From the NCBI GenBank assembly GCA_963788655.1, contig CAWBHS010000087.1, positions 32,001-96,000 of the forward strand: DNA of 64,000 nt. The letters run 5' to 3'. The notes under the pieces were generated by a model, which was not told where the DNA came from, made no database searches, and worked only from the letters and a program-made list of their open reading frames with translations. This DNA comes from an uncultured Verrucomicrobiae bacterium (lineage in GTDB: Bacteria > Verrucomicrobiota > Verrucomicrobiia > Limisphaerales > JAFGQR01). A program made the translations under genes and the position numbers. Positions 54,249 to 64,000 of this stretch are shown piece after piece; position 1 is the first letter of the stretch; the number at the start of each line of letters is the position of its first letter.

Positions 54249-55330
54249 TCGCCCAATACCCTTTCGCATTCCCGCAGATCCGTTACTCCGTCCCGTACCA
54301 TTTCCTGCGCCGCCGTTTTCAAGGTGTGCGTCGGTTGAATGGCCGGTGGCCCATGAACGCGCATTTGGCCCCGGCTGGTTTCATCGGCGCGAAACCATTC
54401 CACCAAGGGCAGGCGGCCCCGGTAGCCGGTTTTCAAACAGGTATCGCAGCCCACGCCGGCACAGTCCGGACACAACCGCCGCACCAATCGCTGGTTCAAA
54501 ATCAATTCCAACGCCGAGACAACTGCATGCGCGTCGGGACACAGTACCAACAGCCGTTCCAACACGCCCCGGCAGGATCCGGCGTGCAGCGTGGTAATGA
54601 CCAAGTGCCCCGTCGAAGCCGCGCGCACAACAATGCCTGCCGTTTCTTCATCGCGGATTTCGCCTATGATCAGCACTTGCGGATCCTGACGCAACAAATG
54701 CCGCGCGGCTTTCGCGAACGTCAAGCCGCGCGCTTCGTTGACTTCGGTCTGCATCGTGCCCGGGATGATCTGCTCCACCGGGTCTTCGACCGTGATAATA
54801 TGCTTTCCGCCCAATGCGGTCATGCAGGTTAGACAGGCGTGGATGGTAGTCGTTTTGCCGCTGCCCGCCGGTCCAGTCAACAGGATCAGGCCGGACGGCC
54901 GTCGCAGACACTGCTCCAGTTCGGCGCAGCTTCTGCCGGCAATTGAAGGTCGGACAGCGATTGGGCCGCCGTTTCGTGAAACAGTCGCAGCACAATTTTC
55001 TCGCCCGTGACCGTGGGATACGTGGACACGCGCAAATCATGATGCGTTCCGAGGTCCACCCGGTCAATGCGCCCGTCCTGCGGCAGCGACTCCTGGTAGG
55101 TTTTCAGTCGGGCCAGATATTTAATGCGGCCAAAGACTCGTTCCGCCAGATGCTTCCGGAATCGGTTGGGTGGGTGTCATGACGCCATCAAGGCGAAAGG
55201 CGACTTCGGCAATCTTGCCGACCATCTGCAAATGCACGTCGCTGGCGCCCGCGCGTTCCGCGGTGCGCACGAGTATCTCGAGATGTTCCGGGGCCGAGGC
55301 TGACGGTGATTTTGATGACTTGGCGTTCAT
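54245..55330 (-). CDS. Short GspE/PulE/PilB-family ATPase (frameshifted)
   Basis: ASDVHL, FRLDG, TGPAGSGKTTT, TVEDPVE, LRQDP..IGEIRD, TGHLVITTLH, CPDC..CDTC. Confidence 0.9.
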
Positions 55331-55653
55331 GGTTGTGCGCGATGTAAGTGTCAATCAACATGTCGGGCGGGTCGCGAAAGGACAAGCCAAAGAATGCGCT
55401 TTGCGCTTGTGCCACCGGATTCTGGAGGCGCATGTTGAGGTCAATGAAACCAGTCTTCATTTGGCCTGCCAGTGACATAATCCAGACCTCGGGCGGGAAA
55501 GCCATCAGGCGTCATTCAAACGTCGTGAACCAGTCGTGCTGGCGAAAGCGGGAGCAAGCTCCACGCACTCCAAACGCTGCGCGAGGTTTGACCGGGTTGG
55601 TTGGCAAGGTCGCGCCAGCGTTTGGAGTGCGTCCAGCTTGCCGGCGCTTTCGC

Positions 55654-57201
55654 ATGCAGGACGGTCGTGTGTGGTTGCAGGCCACGGCTTTTAGCCTCGG
55701 GCTGAAGAAGTCTCATGAATGCGGCAAAGCACCGCACGCACTCCATGATACGGAAGTTCTAAAGCGCAGGTCGGCTTGCCTCTTCCTCATCGTTGCCAAT
55801 TGTCTTTGGGGCACCTTTGAACCTTCAGCAACCGTCGCGGCGCCCGCCGCTTCCGAAACCGTCTGGAGCGCTGGCCCGCACTTGTTCCTCGACGCGTCAA
55901 TGGTTGTGGCTTCGTCAAACTTGCAGCGATCATTTTGCCCGCCCTCCCGGTTGCCCGATCCTGTGGTCACCGGCTACGAAGATGGCAATTTCCAACCTTA
56001 CGTGACCGTGATTCAAGACGCCGCAACCGGCCGGTTTCGGATGTGGTACAACACGCCGCGCACACCACACAACGCCGGCGAATCAAGCCTCGCCCACCTC
56101 GAATCCAAGGATGGCATACACTGGCTGCGTCCCGCCCGGGTGCTCCGCGATCCGGCACCAATCCAATTTGGCGCCAGCATCATTGACGACGGTCCCAATG
56201 CCAAACCGCCCAAGCAACGATTCAAGTTCGCCTGGTGGAAGTCCGGCGGTCTGCAGATCGCCACCTCGCCCGATGGCCTCGCTTGGACCCCGCTCGTCTC
56301 CGGGGTGGTGCTGCCCGCCAATCACGACATCACCAGCATTCATTGGGATCCCTTGCGTCGTCGTTATCTGACGTTGTTGTCGTTTGTTTTGAATGACGGT
56401 CCCTGGCCTGGCCGACGGATTCCTTATGAGAGTGTCAGCAGCGACTTGGTTCATTGGCGCAAGCCGTGGCCGATTATCGCGCCGGAACCGAATGTTCCCC
56501 GCGAAAAAGGCCGGACTGAGTTCTACAGCATGAGCGCGGTGTTGGCTCGCGGCAATCTGCTGGTCGCCATGGTAAAAGTTTTGCGCGACGACCTGAACTG
56601 CGAACCGGATAAGACTGCCGCCGAACTCCATGATCCCGGTCGGCCACACGCGGGCATTGGCTACACCGTGGTTGCCTGGAGCCGGGACGGCGAGCATTGG
56701 GAGCGTGGCACGGAACCATTCCTGGATCGCAATCCGCAATCGGGAACGTGGGACCGTGCCATGGCCTGGATCGACGATCAGGTGTTAGTGGACGACTTCA
56801 CTTATTTCTACTACGGCGGTTACCGCTGGGGCCACAAGGCCGACCGTTTCACCGGGCGTCAAATTGGCTTCGCCCAAATGCGGCGTGACCGTTACTTGGC
56901 TTATGTCGCCGGGGAGGAAAGCGGTTGGTTGCGCACCCAACCGGCGCGAATACACCAAGCGCTTCAAATGACGGTGAATGCCCAAGTCGATCCCGAGCAG
57001 GGCGAACTCCGGGTGCGGGTGGTCGAAGCCGGTGGCCGCGCTTTGGTGGGATTCGATTGGGAGGATTGCCGCCCTGTCCGCGGCGACCGGATCAACCATC
57101 CGATTGCCTGGAAGGGGCGCAACGCCACTTTGGAAGGCAAGCCGGTCCGATTCGAATTTCGCCTCAGCCACGGAAAGATGTTCGCCTTCGAGCTTCAGTG
57201 A
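55654..57201 (+). CDS. Putative five-bladed beta-propeller glycoside hydrolase (start uncertain)
   Basis: FRMWY; ESKDGIHW, TSPDGLAW and WSRDGEHW Asp-box-like motifs; FYYGG; C-terminal beta-sandwich. Confidence 0.6.
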   Translation: MQDGRVWLQATAFSLGLKKSHECGKAPHALHDTEVLKRRSACLFLIVANCLWGTFEPSATVAAPAASETVWSAGPHLFLDASMVVASSNLQRSFCPPSRLPDPVVTGYEDGNFQPYVTVIQDAATGRFRMWYNTPRTPHNAGESSLAHLESKDGIHWLRPARVLRDPAPIQFGASIIDDGPNAKPPKQRFKFAWWKSGGLQIATSPDGLAWTPLVSGVVLPANHDITSIHWDPLRRRYLTLLSFVLNDGPWPGRRIPYESVSSDLVHWRKPWPIIAPEPNVPREKGRTEFYSMSAVLARGNLLVAMVKVLRDDLNCEPDKTAAELHDPGRPHAGIGYTVVAWSRDGEHWERGTEPFLDRNPQSGTWDRAMAWIDDQVLVDDFTYFYYGGYRWGHKADRFTGRQIGFAQMRRDRYLAYVAGEESGWLRTQPARIHQALQMTVNAQVDPEQGELRVRVVEAGGRALVGFDWEDCRPVRGDRINHPIAWKGRNATLEGKPVRFEFRLSHGKMFAFELQ

Positions 57202-57602
57202 TCATTGCCTACACGAAAAGTGGTGGCAAAGCATGTTGGCTCGCTTTCGTCGTCCAATCATCATTTAGCGCCTCTTTTAAAACTCCAGCCGGTCCGTAGC
57301 AACCGACGTGAGGAGGCGCATTTTTCCTCGGAAAACCGCGATGCATCCGAGATGAATGAGCCTCCTTACGTCGGCTGCTACCATTTTTCAAACAGGCTTT
57401 TAGGGGCTGACTTTAGCGAAGTGAGATTGTTTCTGAGGTCGGGTTTTCGCGAGCTTCGCATACTTTGCGGTTAACTCACCGAGTCATTTCTTCAGCAAAG
57501 CAATCCGGTTCCGAAACCTTAGCTGCCTTCGGATTCTGGCCTTCGGTTTTCTACTCCGCTTTGTTGTCGCGCAAATTAGCCGAGGCCCTAAGATAGCGTC
57601 CG

Positions 57603-58241
57603 ATGAACCAACGTCGGCGCGCCATTTTGATTGCGGGAATTGTCATCGGGGCCATCTGGCTGATGGCCTGGATTGGGCATCGCCTTGCGCTCAATTCCCG
57701 GATGACCGCGGAGAAGGTACGCCAGTACGTGCATTCGGTGGACTTCGGGAGGTTGTCCGGAAAGGAACGCGCCCGCGCGTTGACCGAGCTGGCCGACAAG
57801 TTGAATGCCTTGCCGTACGACGAACGACGGCGGGTGCGCATGCGGCGCGAATGGGAAGGCTGGTTTCCCCTGATGACCGAAAGCGAAAAGGATCAATTCA
57901 TCGAAGCCACTTTTCCTGCGGGCATCAAACAGATGATCACGGCGTTCGAGCGCCTGCCCGAGGATCGGCGCCGTCGGGCTATTGACGAGTCACTGCGTCG
58001 GTTGCGCGAGGCCCAAGCGCAGGACGCCGAGCAGGCTGGACAGCCACCCGAGGCTGGTGGGCGAACCAAAGAGCCGCCGCCGATCAGCCCGGAACTGGAA
58101 CAGAAGATCCGCACGTTGGGGCTGAAGACATTTTTTGCCGAGAGTTCGGCCCAAACGAAGGCGGAGGTGGCGCCGCTCCTCGAGGAAATCCAGCGGATCA
58201 TCGAGTCGGGTGGTCGGATTCATCGGAGGCCGTTTAAGTGA
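57603..58241 (+). CDS. Membrane-anchored helical hypothetical protein
   Basis: N-terminal TM helix; stop overlaps the next GTG. Confidence 0.7.
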   Translation: MNQRRRAILIAGIVIGAIWLMAWIGHRLALNSRMTAEKVRQYVHSVDFGRLSGKERARALTELADKLNALPYDERRRVRMRREWEGWFPLMTESEKDQFIEATFPAGIKQMITAFERLPEDRRRRAIDESLRRLREAQAQDAEQAGQPPEAGGRTKEPPPISPELEQKIRTLGLKTFFAESSAQTKAEVAPLLEEIQRIIESGGRIHRRPFK

Positions 58242-59068
58242 GAGCCGAACAAACATTCCGGCATCGCGAAACGGCACGTGCCCCGTCGCGCCAGCGTTTG
58301 GAGTGCGTCCGGCTTGCCGGCGCTTGCGAATCGGAGCGCGCCGTTATCGAAGAATCTGCCGGGCGATTTGCTGACCGACGCCAAACCCGTAACGCAGAGT
58401 TGCACTCGGCTGACTCTGCTCGGCCAGTCTCACCACGAAAGCGGGAGCAAGCTCCGCGCACTCCAGACGCTGCGCGAGCTGCGAATGCCAACGATGCTGC
58501 GCTCACACGCAAAAGTTCGAACCCCACCGTGCCCGGCTTCACCCTGATTGAGTTGCTCCTGGTGATTGGGATTATTGCCATCCTGGCCGCGTTGTTGTTG
58601 CCCGTCATCAGCCGGGTCAAGGAACAGGGGCGGGCTACGGCGTGCTTGAGCAACTTGCACCAGGTGGGCATCGCGCTGCAATTGTATGTGCAGGACAATG
58701 ATAACCGGCTGCCGGTGATGTACGACGCCTTGCTGAGCACCAACGCGCCGGCCACCACCAACCGCGCGACCATCGATTTGGTGCTCACCAATTACCTGGG
58801 TGCCCCCGGCATTCTGCGCTGCCCGTCCGACGACAAACAGTTGTTCGCGCAAACCGGCTCGAGCTACGCCTGGAACGTGCTGGTGAATGGACAGAATGCG
58901 GATCACTTGCACGTGATGGACCTGGATTTTGATCCGCATAACATCCCCTTGGTGTTCGACAAGGAAGGCTTCCACCGCGCCCGCGGCCAAGGGAAAGAGC
59001 TGAATTATCTTTACGCCGACGGACGCATCCAAAACCTGCTGGTCCTCGAAGGAACCCGCCGGCCATGA
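58238..59068 (+). CDS. Prepilin-type N-terminal cleavage protein (H-X9-DG-like C-terminus) with a REP doublet in its leader
   Basis: [45 protein letters not shown]. Confidence 0.88.
   Translation: MRAEQTFRHRETARAPSRQRLECVRLAGACESERAVIEESAGRFADRRQTRNAELHSADSARPVSPRKREQAPRTPDAARAANANDAALTRKSSNPTVPGFTLIELLLVIGIIAILAALLLPVISRVKEQGRATACLSNLHQVGIALQLYVQDNDNRLPVMYDALLSTNAPATTNRATIDLVLTNYLGAPGILRCPSDDKQLFAQTGSSYAWNVLVNGQNADHLHVMDLDFDPHNIPLVFDKEGFHRARGQGKELNYLYADGRIQNLLVLEGTRRP
58287..58477. repeat. Inverted REP doublet (GGAGTGCG family; also at ~50180-50220 and 55544-55650)
   Basis: CGCCAGCGTTTGGAGTGCGTCCGGCTTGCCGGCGCTT ... AAAGCGGGAGCAAGCTCCGCGCACTCCAGACGCTGCGCG. Confidence 0.78.
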
Positions 59069-59997
59069 TTGAATTGCGTCAAGTCACCAAGCGTTTTGGC
59101 CAGCGGTTGGCCGTGGACAACCTGTCGGTGCATGTGCCGACGGGGGAAATCTATGGATTACTCGGCCACAACGGTGCCGGCAAAAGTACGGCCATCGGCA
59201 TGATGCTGGGCCAGGTCTGGCCGACGCAGGGCGAAGTGCGGCTGTGCGGTTTTGGCGTCACGACGCAGCGGCAGCGCGCCTTGCAGCAGGTGGGTGCCAT
59301 CTTTGAAACCCCGGCGTTTTACGATTACCTCAGCGGTTGGCGGAACCTCGAAATTCTCAGCACTTACACCGCCCGGACGCCGCCGCAGCGGATTCGTGAA
59401 GTCATCGAGTGGGTGGGACTGACGGGACGGGCGGAGTCCAAGGTCAAGACCTATTCGCACGGCATGCGGGCGCGGTTGGCCATTGCGCAAGCCTTGCTGC
59501 CGGAGCCCAAACTGTTGATCCTGGACGAACCGGGCGATGGACTTGATCCCGAGGGTATCCATGAAATGCGGCAAACGATTCTACGGTTGCACCGCGAACT
59601 GGGGCTGACGCTCCTGCTGTCTTCGCATTTGTTGGTGGAAGTGGAACAATTGTGTACGCGCATTGCCGTGTTGAACCAGGGCCGGTTGGTGTTCGAAGGA
59701 ACCCTGGCACAGGCGCAGCAGACGCAGCATTGGGTGCGGCTCGTTACCAACGACTTTGCCGCGGCGAGCGCGCAGTTGCGGCAGGCGGGTTTGATCGAAG
59801 CGGCACGAGACGACCAACGGGTGCGGTTGGCGGCTGGCGTGGGCGTCGATCAACTGGTGCGGCAGTTGGTGGAATGGGACTTTTCGATTTTTGAAGTGGC
59901 ACCGGAGAAGCACACGCTCGAGGATTTTTACCTGGACTTGATGAAGCAACCTTCCACCGCTTCCAAACGCGACATGCCGGCAGGTGTGCAAACGTGA
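59065..59997 (+). CDS. ABC-2-type exporter ATP-binding protein
   Basis: [27 protein letters not shown]. Confidence 0.93.
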   Translation: MIELRQVTKRFGQRLAVDNLSVHVPTGEIYGLLGHNGAGKSTAIGMMLGQVWPTQGEVRLCGFGVTTQRQRALQQVGAIFETPAFYDYLSGWRNLEILSTYTARTPPQRIREVIEWVGLTGRAESKVKTYSHGMRARLAIAQALLPEPKLLILDEPGDGLDPEGIHEMRQTILRLHRELGLTLLLSSHLLVEVEQLCTRIAVLNQGRLVFEGTLAQAQQTQHWVRLVTNDFAAASAQLRQAGLIEAARDDQRVRLAAGVGVDQLVRQLVEWDFSIFEVAPEKHTLEDFYLDLMKQPSTASKRDMPAGVQT

Positions 59998-60030
59998 ATC
60001 CAAACTCAACCATGAAGAAAGGCGTATCCC

Positions 60031-60604
60031 ATGCCCACAGAACCCAGATTTGAAGCCAACGAAAACCATATCGTGCCGTCCCTGCGTGAAGTCGCACAGG
60101 CCAAAGGCATGAATTTCGCCGAAGTTGGTGGTCGCCATCCCAGTTGAGAACAATCGCTGGGTGGGCACCGACCGCCACCACGTGCTGGTGAGCGATGCCG
60201 CCGAGGTGGTGGAATGGCGCGTCGAAACGCTGAGCGAATTGTGTCGCGGCGACCATCAACCGCCGCCCCACCTGGACCGGTTTCCGCCGGAATATGTACC
60301 GCTCTTCTTTTACCTCGAGTCGCAAATCATCACGTTCTGCAAGGCCTTCGGCGATAAAAGCGATCAGGAATTCGAGGAAATCTATGGTAGTTTGCGGCGG
60401 CGTCCGGAAGGCCGCAGCCTGGGGCCATTGCACGATTTTCTCTGGCAGGTTTGCGCGGTGATGCTGGCCACCCGCATCGTCAGCCAGGCGGAGTTCGAAG
60501 GTGTGATTGGGGCTTTGTTGCGGTCGGCGAAACGCTGGGCCGTGCGCCCAATTTCGCGCAACTACATGAATTACCTGCACCAGACGGTGGAACGTGGTTT
60601 ATGA
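60031..60604 (+). CDS. Hypothetical protein (frameshift near 60120)
   Basis: Coding-like ORF coupled by ATGA to the permease. Confidence 0.6.
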
Positions 60605-61464
60605 CGGGCGCGGAGACATCGAACGGGCGGCCGCGGATCGGGGTCATGTTCTGGCTCCAATTGCGCAACGAGTTGTGGAAGCTCTTCGGCAAGAAGCGCA
60701 CTTACATCGGCTTCGGGATGTTCCTCGCGGCGCAACTGACCATCGTGCTCATCTTTTATTACAATGACAGCGCGCGGCGGCATTTGACGGCAGCCGGCGA
60801 AGAGTTCTTTTCCAGTCTCACCTGCGCCACGGTGATGATCCTGCCACTGGCCTTTATCCTCCTGCCGCTTTACGTGGCGTTGGTGGGCGGCGACCTGGTG
60901 GCCAAGGAAGCGGAGGACGGCACCTTGCGAATGATCCTCGCCCGACCCGTCTCACGCGTGCGGTTGCTGCTGTTGAAATGGTTCGCCGGGGTGATCTTTT
61001 CCGCCGGGCTGGTCGTGGCGCTGGGTGGCCTCGCGCTCTTGTTTGCGTCGATCTGGTTTCCGTGGAGCGATATGTATGTGCTGATTCCGGGCGAAATGAT
61101 TTCCGCGTTCGATCCGGCTACCGGCTGGCAGCGTTACGTGAGCGCGCACTTGTTCATGATCATCAAGGCGGCCACGATCATTTCGCTGGCCTTCATGTTT
61201 TCCTGCTTCAACGTCAAACCCGCGGCGGCCACCATTCTGGCACTCTCATTTATTTTTGCCGACCACATCCTGCGGAGCATTCCCTATTTCGCAGACCTCA
61301 AACATTGGTTCATCACCTACCATCTCAACGTCTGGCAATACCTGCTGGCCCAGCCCATCCCGTGGTGGCGCGTGGGCGAATCGATGTGCATTCTTTTGGG
61401 ATTTAACGTGACCTTCCTGGTCATCGGCTGCACCGCGTTTCACGTGCGGGACATTAAGTCGTGA
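60601..61464 (+). CDS. ABC-2-type permease
   Basis: NELWKLFGKKRTY, GGDLVAKEAEDGTLRMILARPVSR, FHVRDIKS. Confidence 0.88.
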   Translation: MTGAETSNGRPRIGVMFWLQLRNELWKLFGKKRTYIGFGMFLAAQLTIVLIFYYNDSARRHLTAAGEEFFSSLTCATVMILPLAFILLPLYVALVGGDLVAKEAEDGTLRMILARPVSRVRLLLLKWFAGVIFSAGLVVALGGLALLFASIWFPWSDMYVLIPGEMISAFDPATGWQRYVSAHLFMIIKAATIISLAFMFSCFNVKPAAATILALSFIFADHILRSIPYFADLKHWFITYHLNVWQYLLAQPIPWWRVGESMCILLGFNVTFLVIGCTAFHVRDIKS

Positions 61465-62073
61465 GGGAGGGGATGCCGGATACCAGATGCCAGATACCAG
61501 ATGCCGGATTGGGAAGGGTAGCTCCCAATGTCCGGTAGGATTCGGCGGAATATCGTCCGACCAGGCTGGTGCCGCCCTCTTGGTGGCGTTGCGGTTCATC
61601 AGGCCATTGGCCCGCCGCCATTACGCTTGAAATCTATTCGTGTCGCGTGGATTACCGTTCGCTGATCCGCAGTGCTATCGCGGGTCGTACTTTCAATTAA
61701 GGATCTTCACCGAGCCGCCGACGGACCCCGTGCCATACGATTTGCCATCGATCTCGAGGGTGGGTTGGACATTGGGGATTGGCCATTCTCTGGTCCTTGG
61801 ATATTGGTCATTGGTCATTTCCCTGTCGCTGCTTTGCGGCATTTGTCATCGGCAAGGCAAGGGATGTTGTTACTTTGGCAAAATAGGTGAGGGCACTTCG
61901 GGGACGGAAAACCTAGTTTGGAACCACGATGACCGGTGGAGTTTTCCGGGTGTTGTTTTCTGCTCCCGCGGAGGGTTCGAAACGAACCAACTCAGCCCGA
62001 GACGGGCATTCGGCCCGGCAATCATCGTGATGCTGGAAGGCATCGTTCGCAGTGGTTGACTGATTTTTACTGA

Positions 62074-64000
<1,927 letters not shown>

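Overview
GC-rich bacterial window; gene content (CotH/lamin-tail giant protein, PQQ propellers, Tat-exported Gfo/Idh/MocA proteins, H-X9-DG-type prepilin) suggests Verrucomicrobiota (inference). Main features: glycoside hydrolases (GH29, GH127, atypical GH42); a complete type I-C CRISPR-Cas locus on the minus strand (cas3-cas5-cas8c-cas7-[antitoxin/toxin]-cas4-[four-helix-bundle gene]-cas1-cas2, array of 16 repeats plus one degenerate repeat); a ~4,200-aa CotH/LTD/Ig surface protein; amtB-glnK; a minimal GspE/2xGspF/pilin cluster; a prepilin-ABC transporter operon; and the 5' part of nifJ/PFOR. Many genes have single-base frameshifts that look like assembly errors. Most notable observations: (1) a 193-bp MITE in three copies, one inserted in frame with 5-bp direct repeats into a prepilin leader, with other palindromic repeats also in frame in cleavable leaders; (2) a mosaic of Cas3/Cas5/DUF1016 fragments upstream of a lower-GC interference module, implying module replacement; (3) ATTTSAR heptamers embedded in cas1 and cas4 and flanking the four-helix-bundle gene; (4) homopolymer-depleted spacers that are probably consensus artefacts; (5) a GH42 and a thioredoxin domain lacking catalytic residues. 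Family assignments come from motif recognition by eye, not database searches.
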